Source: Squalus acanthias (taxonomy: Eukaryota). From it: 64,000 bases of DNA. A program made the position numbers and the translations under genes. The stretch lies in contig CM059434.1 in assembly GCA_030390025.1 (NCBI GenBank), forward strand, positions 43,958,001 through 44,022,000, in the 5' to 3' direction. A model generated the notes under the pieces. It was given only the letters and a program-made list of their open reading frames with translations, made no database searches and was not told the DNA's origin. Shown here piece after piece: positions 50,746 through 62,059 of this stretch. The first letter of the stretch is position 1. Each line of letters begins with the position of its first letter.

Positions 50746-51624
50746 CTGTCAGTATCTTCCCAGACATTTTCGGCATTTCTTGGTAATACAATAAAGAAGC
50801 TTAATGACTTCTTCGCAGGCTTCCTCATAATTAAAAGTAATTCTAATATTAGTTTATTTTGTTTAAGGAAAGCCCACTAAAAATAAAGTGATTATGTTTC
50901 TACCCCTATGAGTAAGATCCCTAATGTTTAGTTGCCTCTTTGTTGATAAATTGTGATTCCTTTATTGGAGATCCTGGAGCTGAGTAAATCAAGAGCCTTT
51001 AATCCCCCCACATATCCAACGATGCACCCATAAAATCATTTTTTGTCTCTGTCTCTCCCTTATACACACAAGTAGCATTCCAGTTTGTTCATATTCATAA
51101 CTCAAGCATACCAGAATTTTTTTAAATACTAGTAAATCTCCGTGACCTTGCTCATGGTTAGTTGAAGGAAATGGCATGCTTTTTTAGCTGATTTTGCTGT
51201 AATAGGCCAAAATGGTGGACAGATCTAGACAACTCGTGCCACAGCGCCACCAATCAGAGGAGAACGAAATATCAGGCGTTACAGAGTTACCTATTAAAAG
51301 CCTGGGAAGCCAGCATTACCAGTACACTTTAGGAATTACCTATGTTATAAAACTTACTAAATCATGACAAGGCGAATAGGCATGACAAGCAGAAAGTCTC
51401 AAGAATTGTGTATATAGATATAGACATAGATATATTTAATTAGTTTTGATACCGACTAGTGTCAAAACTATTGGCACAGACTAGTTGGGCCAAATGGCCT
51501 GTTTTTGTCCTGTATATTCTATGTAATTTATATTTCTGTCTTACAAAAATGTTACCAAACACAAATCTAAGTTTTATTTCAAAATGCTGAAAGGATGGCT
51601 TTGTGGGCGAAAACTATTGCGCAA

Positions 51625-51800
51625 ACCCGGTTGATCATAGGTTCAATCCCTGGTTCTTGCTAAGTTGGCTGATCTGAGCTGGATAAGTGGCAAGGGTCTT
51701 ACAACTGACCTCAGTGTTCTGGACTAGGGAGGAAAAAAAGAACCAATGCCTGATGTACCGATGCCAGCATCAATACCTGCTGTTCTGAGTCCCAATGATG
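51625..51800 (+). mobile_element. Family X SINE fragment
   Basis: ggttcaatccctggt...gctaagttggctgatctgagc...tacaactgacctcagtg...ctagggaggaaaaaa. Confidence 0.6.
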
Positions 51801-51931
51801 CCAGGTGACATTAATCATCCATTTGCTACATAGTTCCTTCATTCCCATGTATTTTACATCTAGGACACTTTCCCTGCAGTTGAATGTGCAAGGTGTGAAC
51901 TGCATAGGAATAGGCATTACACTCGGCTCCT

Positions 51932-52450
51932 GGTTTTAAGTAGGTTCACAGACTTCCAGGCTGCCTGCCCTTTTCTGCGGCCTGGAGGAGTCTGTTTTTC
52001 CACGTTTATATGGAGTGTGAGAGGTTGCAGCCCCTCTTCCATTATTTGAAGGGGCTGCTCCTCGATTTTTGGCTGCACTTCAGTCCCACGCTCCTGATCT
52101 TTGGTCACCCGGTGCGGAGGGGAGCAGGCAGATTGGAGGACCTCCTCATAGGACTGCTCCTGGGCATGGCCTAAAGTGGCCATTAACTGGTCCAGGCAGC
52201 AGGCGGTCGAGGGGGTCGTTCGGCCCGATGGCCTGCCTCTCTTCCGCGGCCACGTTCGCGCCCGGGTGGCCCTGGAGATGGAGCACGCGGTGTCCACCGG
52301 CACGCTCGAGGCCTTTCGCGACCGGTGGGTGCCGTGGGGACTGGAGTGCATCAGTACCCCGGCCAACAAAATTTTAATTTAATTTGTTAAGTTTCATTTA
52401 AAGTTTTATTAGTTACAGTTTATTAGTTTTAGTGCACCCAATCAAAAGAG
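51932..52450 (+). mobile_element. Tx1-clade (L1 superfamily) LINE 3' end
   Basis: Frameshift-corrected CPFCGLEESVFHVYMECERLQPLFHYLKGLLLDFWLHFSPTLLIFGHP...FRGHVRARV resembles the Xenopus Tx1 ORF2 C-terminal CCHC region. 14-bp TSD tacactcKgctcct (51918-51931, 52451-52464). Confidence 0.85.
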
Positions 52451-52651
52451 TACACTCTGCTCCTTAATCAATTGACTTTGTAGCAGATGAGTCCAATTCA
52501 GCAGGTAAATGTGCAAGGCAAGAATTGCACAGGGTTTAAAAAACTGCAAGTAATGGAGATTGGAAAATTGGTGTCATATAATACCATTGCAATTCAGGAC
52601 ACCAAGTACTGGTATGTAACAAGAAGAGTCACCAAGTACTGGTATACAAGA

Positions 52652-52866
52652 AATAAAAACAGAAAATGCTGGAAATACTCAGCAGCTCAGGCAGCATCTG
52701 TGGAAAGAGAAACAGGGTTAACGTTTCAGGTCGATGCACTCTGTTCTGATGAAAAGCCATCGACCTGAAACGTTAACTCTGTTTCTCTCTCCACAGATGC
52801 TGCCTGACCTGCTGAGCATTTTCTGTTTTTATTTCAGATTTCCAGCATCTGCAGTACTATGCTTTT
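52652..52866. mobile_element. Penelope-like foldback insertion with minimal hammerhead motif
   Basis: Arms aaataaaaacagaaaatgct...gttaacgtttcaggtcgatg / catcgacctgaaacgttaac...agcattttctgtttttattt. TSD gtaYtggtRtacaaga (52636-52651, 52867-52882). Plus strand 52743-52777 reads GTT-CTGATGA-AAAGCCATCGACCT-GAAA-CGTT-AAC. Confidence 0.75.
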
Positions 52867-54731
52867 GTATTGGTGTACAAGATATTGGTTAATTGCAATT
52901 TAATGATTAGCTGCCACTTAACACCTAGCTGTCTCAGGTAAGTCAGGTAAAACAGCTAGGTGTTAACTAGGAGCCATTAATGTTAACAGCTAAGTAACTG
53001 AATAATCAGTGGCTAATTACAATAAACTGCTTTTAAGTAGCTTAAAATGCAGAGGTTTTCTAAACAGCAACCATCCATTTAATACCGTTTTATACAGTGT
53101 TTAAAAAAAATATTATGTTGAGCTTGAGATGTCTCCAAATCCTGGACAGACATGCATGCCCCTAAATTTAGTTGGAGTTGCTGCAGAATTCTAAGGGTCC
53201 TAGGTAGGGTTGGACTCAGCTGTGAGCCCCCTCCAGTCACAAATTATGATCAGCAACTTCAGTAACTTGGTTGAGATACAACAGTCAATGCCCAAAGCAC
53301 CATACCTCAGCATGATCCAGTGCCTTCAAAGGAGAAGAGGAGAAAAAAGCCACATACGTCACGATAGTCCAAACAATGGCTGACTCTTAAGGCAGATAGA
53401 GTCCCATTATATAATGTGGTGCTGCATGTTAATATTTAGATCATAGAAATGTCATCACCACACAGGAAACAAAAGTTAATAAAGTTATTTAAAGTCCTCA
53501 GCCCTCTCTCCCAGTGAAGGACATTAGTGTAGGGCACTGTCACATGCAGCAGTTGTTTATTATGTTGCCAATGCACAAGTCATTTGGATTTTACAGAGAG
53601 CCATTGTGTTTTCACCAGACACCAGTTTATTCCAGGGCAGCTTGCAGCTGGCTAGGAGAATAAAGAATTGTAGCAACAGTTATGTATGAGCAGCAGACAC
53701 CAGAGTCAGCTATTATAAAAGCAGGAACCATTTCAGCATCTCTGAACTTTCCACAACAAACCAAAGAGTTTTCACTGTGTCTATTTAAAATGAACAAAGT
53801 GAAATTCCTATTTAACGTTTAAAAAAAGCACATCAATGAATTCTAGTCTAGTAAAAATGATGTTCTGTCCGTCAACACATCTTGTACTGCTTTGCCAGCA
53901 CTAGTGTGTAATCATTCATTCATTTTAAAAAGTTATTGTTGTCCACATGTAAGCCTTTTTTCTCCATTGTAGGTTCCTGTTTTTGTTTGTCATTTCTCTA
54001 CTTTTTAGGGTAAAAATTCCTCACTCCTGCTTCAACACTTCCCCACCCCGCCGGCACTCTTTCCCCTCACCACTGGTGTGAACCTGATTTTTGAAATGCT
54101 GTGAATGCCACTTGTGCCCAATGTAAAATAAGGCCCAAATATACAGCTAACATATTGTTAGTTATTACTGGCACATGACAAGTCTACAGGTAGAAGAAGA
54201 CCCTGTTCTAACCAAACCACAGCAAAATCTTGCAGGTTTAGAACCTCGTGTTTATTCTTACTGCTACATAGTAGAAGACTACAAATCATAATCTCGGCCT
54301 GGTATTCAGACTTAACCCAGCCTAGCGGTTAAGGCAATGGATTTTAGTGGGTAGTTCCAGTGAAGCCTAGGACTTGTACAATTACTGTTTTAATTTGCAC
54401 CCTTCAACTCTATTTCTAACTAGCTGACTGACAAAATTACCTCAATATTTTTCAACACTCCAGTTACCCTGTAACCCACTGTGCGCATGATAACATGTTG
54501 AAACTCAGACTCTTAATTGGCATGCCCATCAGTGGAGGGAAGAAAGCACTCTGGTGGCCCATGTCACTTCCCCCACCCACCCACAAGTATGCTGCTCATT
54601 GTTGCATGTAATCCTGCGACACATTTGGAGATTCTTCTGACTGCAATCATAAGCATCATGAACTTTTGTCAGGTGAGTAGGTAGTGACATACCCAGCAAA
54701 GGAAAAATGGTTTCACTCTATCCGTCAATGG

Positions 54732-55178
54732 AGTTTCAGCCGTGGTTCAGTTGGTAGCACCCTCGCCTCCGAGTCAGAAGGTTGTGGGTTCAGCCAATAA
54801 AGTACTTTTGAAGTGCAGTCACTGTTATAATGCAGTCAATTTGCACACAGCAAGCTTCAACAAACAGCAATGTGATAATGACCAGATAATCTGCTTTAGT
54901 GATGTTGACTGAGGGATAAATATTGGCTGCTGGGGATAACGCCCCTGCTCTTCTTTGAAATAGTGCCATGGGATCTTTTATGTCCACCAGAGAGAGCAGA
55001 CGGGGCCTCTGTTTAACATCTCATCCGAAAGACGGCACCTTCAACAATGCAGCACTCCCTCAATACTGCACTGGAGCGTCAGCCTAGATTTTTGTGCTAA
55101 AGTCTCTGGAGTGGGACTTGAACCCACATCCTCCTGCCTCAGAGGCGAGAGTGCTACCAACTGAGCCACGGCTTACAC
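54732..55178 (-). mobile_element. DeuSINE with an extra inverted tRNA-like head replacing its tail
   Basis: 54735-54792 is a plus-oriented head. 54792-55178 is a minus-oriented body plus head. Confidence 0.8.
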
Positions 55179-57649
55179 ATTAAAGGCAAAAGACAGATAG
55201 GCATTTACCCGTGTGCTATATGCAGTGCATGCCGATGTTTCTCCCTACCTTCCAGGCACCCCTGCGGGTTATATTCAGGTATGAGTCACCGACTTTCTTT
55301 TCAATCCGTCTATCCTCCCGCAGAGTCCCATGGCCGTCGGTGCCTCATCACCGTAACTTTGCGGGAGGCGTGGCAAGTTCCATTTACAGCAGTGGCGAGG
55401 TAACCAGCCACAAGCAAATTCTAGCAGGTAAATGGCTGAAGCTGAAGAGCGCCAGAAGGGACAGCCAGGATGGCGCTGGGTGAGAATTGAGAGTACAGGC
55501 CATGGAGGCACACAGATGCAAACTGCGCATACAAAGTACTTTCCTCCTGAGTCGCTAGGAGATCAGGCATTAATTCCAGGAGACTCCCGGCCAATCCGAG
55601 AAGGTTTGGCAACTCTACTCCTATCCTGCCTCCTCAATCTAGTTTTGGACTAAGCAAAGGGTAGCACAACTCCTGCTCTCTGTCACTGAGCAGAGATCCA
55701 AACTGGAATCACAAGGAGTGGAGAAGGTTATGGCTTATTTGCCTTTTTAGCTAGAGAATAAGTTGATGTGAGTGTCTATAGTGGAGTGGTGGGGGAGGGG
55801 GGATAAATAAAATGTCAAGAAAGAGCAAGTTTAAAAAAAAACCTTTAACCTCTTTGAACAGTGAATTGAAAGTCTCTTTGGGTGAGTCCACCTGGTAAAG
55901 CTGAGATATTTGTTTTCTGACAAGCCAGTACCTTTCATTTAGCTGAAAATCACAGAAGACAAAGTATTGTTGTAAGAGGCAGTGACCTTTGGTGTCCTTG
56001 GAGTCTGCTGTGACCTTTCATCTCTGTTATCCCCAGTGGTCTCCTCTAACAGCTCTAAAACTCCATCCTGCTAGGCTGAATTCCAATTCCTCATAAAGCC
56101 CTTTCCTCTCAAAACAAAACCAATTTCTGCACCAAGGTGGGCGAGAAACACAAGTGCATTGTTCTGTGCAGATGGGAAGTGGGAGTTACCACAGCAACTG
56201 GCCTAATCCCCTCTTTTTACCACCTTTTAGCCAGCCAATCAAGTACGCTACCTTTTAAATTATGTGCTTGAATACCGGTGGCCTATCTGGATGCTTTAAT
56301 TGCTGTGATTTTTTTTTGTGTAACACATACAACATGATGGGCTAATCGAAATTTGCAAAATAATGACGTACCTCCACAAAATATTCCTCCTCCCGAGGCC
56401 CAGTCTAAGGAGAGAAAAAAAACAATAATGAGACCATTATTAAGAGAGGGCATTAAAATGCTGGTCTACCATTAAACACAGAACTTAATTGTTCTGGCCT
56501 TGTCCACACAATCAACAACCTATTGTTTAACAGTTGAAAAAATAAACGATTGGAGAATGGGTGCCATAATGATCAGTCTGTGCTGCCATACACGCACCAT
56601 CCAGAACTGTCAACAGGGGCTATTACAGAATCTCTCGACAGACAGTCACTTTTTGTCAGAAAAGGTAATTTAAACAGCAATGTCTGGGAGCTGCTAAAAC
56701 AAGCCTTTGTTTGTTGTTTTATAATTGTTCAGAAACAGCTAATAGAGAAGAAGAGCGAAGAAAAACAGGGGGAAAGGGAGACAGAGAAAGAGAGAGAGGG
56801 GGCAAGACATTTTTGCATCGTGGTGTTATCAATGGGATATGCTGCATATTCCCACCGTTGATGACAATCTTTAATATAGAGAACTGGAGCCACAGAGAAC
56901 TGACAGCATCTGAGACCCAGATTTCTGTGGCTTTTGTAATCTGTCGTTGGAGCTCCTGATACAACTAAATACATGGGCTAGATTCCCTCTCTTTTAGCTA
57001 TGGGAATTGAAATTTCCATTAGGCCTTGATTGAAGAGAGCAGGAAATAAGTTAAATGGGAGAGAGCAGTGTACAGATGTCACTGATCTCTGTTTGAGGAC
57101 CATGCCCCAGTCCCACTAATTACCATATAAAATGCCACGGAAGAGGCAGAAGTAAAGGGGTACAGTGAGGGAGCGAGGGATAAAGAGGCAGAAAGTATTA
57201 AGTGGACCTCCCTTGTTGTCATGAGTCCACAACGTGCTTCATTTATCTTCATCTAGTTAAGCTAAATTAATTAAGAATCTGACTGTTACACACTTTCCCT
57301 TTTTATTACATCAAATAATGTCAGATATCTTGCGGGGGGGGGGGGGGGGCGGAATGAGAGAAGTAGAAAACCTCTTGCTGCCGAGATTTATTCAGCATCT
57401 ACCTGAAAAACAGATATCCTGTCTTAAGTATTTTTACACCATATCTGAAGATATGACAGCTATGACAAGGTTTGAATTTTTCCTTATTAATAAAAAGTGT
57501 ATCCTCAAATTAATTGCCATTCTCCTCTATATTTAGTTATAATTATTAAGTGGTGGAAATGAGGATTTTGCATTTTGAAAATCACTCAAATGCTTACAAG
57601 GAGCACAATGCTCAGTTTTAAAAAGACCCCCCCCCCACTCCCCTTACCC

Positions 57650-57960
57650 TTCCTCTTCTGAAGGTCAGCGGCGAGGGACAGTTCTATGGGCCGCGTGACC
57701 CTCTAGTAATTCCCTCATATGGTCGTTCTTTACGATGCATGCCTACAAAATGAGTGGAGGGCTATTCAACTGTGAAAAGCATCGCAGCCAAACTCAATCC
57801 TGTCCACGAACAGCATCTGCATGCGTTTCCAGTAAAGGTCAATGGTTAGCAATCAGAAGTGGGAACGGTGGCCAATTTTTTTCTTTCCGTCATCTGGTGA
57901 CACAAAGAATTGTTCCAGCAGCCCCACTGCTCCTCCAGCTGAGGCCCTCGTACTTACAGC
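57650..57960 (-). mobile_element. Family X SINE copy
   Basis: cttcctcttctgaagg...catatggtcgttctt...catcgcagccaaactcaatcctgtcc...tttccagta...atcagaagtgggaac in reverse orientation. Confidence 0.55.
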
Positions 57961-58786
57961 TCTATTACGGGGATAGTCAAATCTAGAGTTACCAGAAAAA
58001 ACAAAATGTCGTGTGCATTTATTGACATAGTCACCTATGTTAAAGGATATTCCACACACCCTCAGTGCGTATTTGGCAAATAAGGAGTGACTGATGGTGA
58101 TAAATAGCTCGACCAAACTGCTGAATTTATCAATCCTATTTTCCTGACTCCAATGTGAATGCGCATTTGAAAAATATGTAAAAGCCTCAAAGAGACAACA
58201 TTCCCTTCTTTGCTCGCCAGTTGAAGACGCTGCACAGATCAAAACTACACAACCTGCTTTATCGACGGAATTTTTGTTTAAAAAGTTACTTCAGCTTTCT
58301 GGAAATGACAGAGGCGATATATTGGGATACTTCGACATGCAGCGGAGCAGGCTAACAAAAGGGAGACTGTCCCTTTCCTATAATTACATTGTCTTGTGAG
58401 ATGCTTCTCCCCTCAACGCACACGCACACAATTCTTTTTAAAGCATTTCCTTATTTGTAGCACTTCCTCTATTAAATAAACACAAAGGTCCTGAAATTCC
58501 AGCCCAGATCAAGGATGGAGAGCCTGCAAGCCAGAATTTGGGGCAGAACCTGGTTCTGCTGGGATTCCACCCTGTTTTTTTTTTAATTGCAGGCATTTCT
58601 GGCAGGCGGGCCATGGATGGATCTTCTGCCGGCCTCTCCTACATCAAAGGGGGTATGCGAGGCAGCATTCTCAGGCTTTCCCGCAAATCTTATGCCCTCA
58701 TTGGGCATCAGCGAAGCTCACAGCAGCCAAGAGCTTGTGTGAGTCCTGCTAACGTTTGTAAAAAGGCCCCAAAACTTGACTGAGGA

Positions 58787-59050
58787 AAGCACTTTACAGC
58801 CAATAAAGTATTTTTGAATTGTTGTCACTGTTGTAATGTAGGAACCGTGACACCTAATTTGCACACAGCAAGGTCTCATAAACAGTAATGAGATAATGAC
58901 CACATAATCTGTTTTAGTGATGTTGGTTAAACGATAAATGTTGGCCAGGGTGAACTCCCCTGCTCTTCTTCGAAATAGTACCATGGGATCTTTCACGTCC
59001 ACCTAAGAGGGCAGATGGGGCCTCGGTTTAACAGCTCATCCGAAAGACGG
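58787..59050 (-). mobile_element. DeuSINE body fragment nested in a GC-rich element (about 58490-59290)
   Basis: agcactttacagccaataaagta...gctcttcttcgaaatagtaccatgggatctttcacgtccacc...tcatccgaaagacgg. Confidence 0.8.
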
Positions 59051-59544
59051 AATGAAATGTTAAACTGAGGGCCGCAGAAGGAAAGCTTAGGAGTCCTTCA
59101 AGAGATGGCCCCTGCAGCCTATCCCGCCACCTACCTGGTGTCAGCTGGTGGCTTCCGGGCCATGTGATTTTCTGCTGCTGCTTCCCGCCAAATTCCCACC
59201 TGATTAAATGAGGCCTGGGAATTAAAATACCCTGGCTTCATTCTGGAGCACGGAGCAGTTTTTAAACTCACACCACTGCCCACCGCCCAAAACATATTTC
59301 AAGAATTAGGGCAGTGGTCCCTGGGGCCAATGTTTCAAGGGGATCCCCACAGCAAGCCATTATTTGCAGAGTCACCAGGAGTAGGGGTATAAGGAAGACC
59401 TCTTGGGGGCGGACAATTTTTAGTTTATTTTACATAATTTAATTAAGAAGCAAATGAAATAGGAAAGGGGAGGGGACAAAGCTAGCTCAGAAAAGGGGGA
59501 ACTCTTCCAAGACCTGGGGGATGGGAGGGCCCTCCTGCCATAGA

Positions 59545-59920
59545 AGGTGTCAATATTTCAACAGGATCCTTGGAAGTGTGCTAATATTCTCAGCAGTTCC
59601 CTGAGAGCTTGTCAGTTTTTTCAGGGTGTCCTGATGAGTGTATCAATATTCATAGGGGGTCCCTGGGAGTACGTCAGGATTTTCAAGGTTTGCTGCGAAA
59701 ATGGTAATATTTAGAGAGGGTCCCCGGGATTGGTACCGATATTTTCAGAAGGCCCTCAGGAGCATATCGATAGTAGCAGGGGGGGGGGGGGGAGGGGTCG
59801 CAGAAGTTTGCCGATGCTTTCAGGGCCTCTCTGGGAATCAATCAATATTTACAAGAGGTTCTTAGCAGTATGGCGATATTAACAGGGGTTATCCACAGAG
59901 AAAGGTTTGAAAAACACTGC
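59545..59920. repeat. Degenerate array of about 31 bp ending in a hAT-like terminus
   Basis: aatatt/gatatt at 59552, 59583, 59645, 59706, 59738, 59844 and 59875. The right end reverse-complements to CAGTGTTTTTCAAACCTTT. Confidence 0.55.
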
Positions 59921-60999
59921 TTTAAGGATTCAAACCACTGAAGTATCATCATTGTTAAAGATGTTCAGACTCTATTCATTTGTGGACTTTCTCTTTAAAT
60001 TAAATATATAGGGGACAGTCAATGTCCTGGTAAAACATCATGGATTCCTTTTCAATAAAACCACCTTTTCCAGTTGTCCACAAGGACCACATGTATTTTA
60101 TTACAAACATTGCAGCTGTGTGTCAGGCTGTAGCCTGTTTCAGAGATACTGGTCTTCAGGCAGTGACCACAGTTCATGACATAACCTGAAACTTTTGATT
60201 GTGTTGCACTCTCAACACACTCCCACCCAGTTTTATTTATCACACATATGCAAGGGAAAAAGCAACAAAAAATAAGTGAAATAGCCATTCTTTAAGCACA
60301 GTTTAAGGAGCTAGAACCCAAGAGCCTTTTACGTGCTAAATTAACAGCCAAGCGAAAAGATGCAAAAAAAAACAATTAAGTGAAATCTCGGTTTAATCTA
60401 GGTCTGATCATCCAGTCTTTCCCACTCCAATCATAGCCTTGTGTGTGAGATCTTTCTGCCGGCATTTCTCATTTAATTAAAGCAGCCATTGACAGAAGGA
60501 CATGGATTAGGCCTGTAATGATGCATTTACTTAGATTAAATGGAGTCTCCTTTTGGAGTAATAGCTCAAACAAAGAACAAAAGGAAATTGTTATGAAACA
60601 GCCTTTTATCCCAGGCAAAGGTCACATTGTAAGGTTTTTAATTTTGTCAGCCTCTGTTAATCTGGTCTACACTGATGGAACACGAGAAGCGCATTTCAAA
60701 GCCAGTTATCATAATACAGCCATTAAACCTGCAAATTAAAATGTCTGATTTTACACAGGTTGCTTAGTTTCAAAACCTCTAATTAGCATGTGGCGCGGAT
60801 TTTTTTTGTGAGGAGCGAGGGGCTGAGGGAAATGCTAATGACTTGCTGCCAGGTGACCATTACACTCTGTGTGTTAAAAAGGGAAACCTCTGAACCAAGC
60901 AGCACACTTTAAAAGCTATCACTTTTTCCACACGTTTCTGCCCTTTTATACTCCCGCCCTAATCATACTAACCAACATTTAAGAGCCCCAAAAAAACAG

Positions 61000-61430
61000 A
61001 TGGCGGAGGGGAGAAGAGACCAGGCGGAATCAAGGTAGGGGTGAAGGGTCATGTTCATGGAGAGGGATGGGTGAGAGGCCAAGCCGTTTTAGAGGATGGG
61101 TACATTAAAGGGAGGAGGGAAAGGATCAGATTAGTGGGAAGAAAAGAGGAAGCCCAGGGAGAGTCTGGATGGAGGACAGGCCTGGGGTGGGGGGGGGGGG
61201 GTGGTGCAGGGGGAGTTGTGTTAGGGGACAGGGGAGCAGTGCTGGCTGAAGGGAAAGAGAGGTGTTTGGGCATGGTTAAAATAAGGGGGAGGATGGAGAA
61301 AGGGGAAACAGGAGAACAAGTAGGGTCAAGGTGGGGGAGCAAGCAAGGTTGCAATGGGGAGACAGAAAGGAGAGAGAGCAGGCAAGGTAGGGTTGGGGAA
61401 AAGGGCTGGGTAGAATCACAATGAAAGAAC
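61000..61430 (+). repeat. G/A-rich low-complexity tract
   Basis: Strong purine skew with multiple G runs. Confidence 0.7.
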
Positions 61431-61671
61431 ACAGAGAACAGCAATTGGCTCAGTAATGCTGGCAAGATATTTATGATAGGCTGTAACTGAATTTTTTATA
61501 TTGAATTTCTTTTTCTAAAAGTTCAAACACATCAGAGTGAAAACTGCAACTGCTGAAATACATTGTGGCAGCTGGCTGCTGTCTTTGTTTCCACTACTTG
61601 TGGCAAAGAAACTGCACACGTCTACAATTCAATCCGAACACCATTCCACAGGTCCCCGATGCCTTGGGACG

Positions 61672-61960
61672 TGCACCACCCAGTGTGGTACTGAGCCATA
61701 CGGAGCAGGTTCGTTGCCTGGTCTGTGCTGAGTCAGTCGATCTCAGTCCGGCCACTTGTGCAAGTGCTACAATTGGCTTTGGCGCCCCCCTCCTAAGGCA
61801 GCATAAGTCAGCCATGATTCACACTGTCGGCCATTGTCCACTACCATAAAGTGCATAAGTGTGGACACCAGGTGGCAACAGGATCAGACTCACCCGCGAT
61901 AGCCCTCAATGGTTGACTAACCTGCCGACAGTCAATCTCTGGGCTCATTCAGAAAAAGGA
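61672..61960 (+). mobile_element. Family X SINE copy
   Basis: gtgtggtactgagccatacggagcaggttcg...ggtctgtgctgagtcagtcgatctcag...ctacaattggc...aacctgccgaca. Confidence 0.65.
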
Positions 61961-62059
61961 AAAATTTAGGAAAAATACTTCCAGCCAGCCAGCACCCATG
62001 AAATTGTATACCAGCATGAGTCAGCACCTCCATGAGAGGATTTAAGAGTATAGAAGTGA

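Noticed and set aside
55570-55617. hAT/Tip100-like terminus (TAGAGTTGCCA on minus)
   Set aside because: No matching second terminus or TSD found, so no element boundaries can be supported.
61041-61465. Gly/Glu-rich and Pro/Leu-rich ORFs
   Set aside because: Artefacts of a purine-skewed low-complexity tract.
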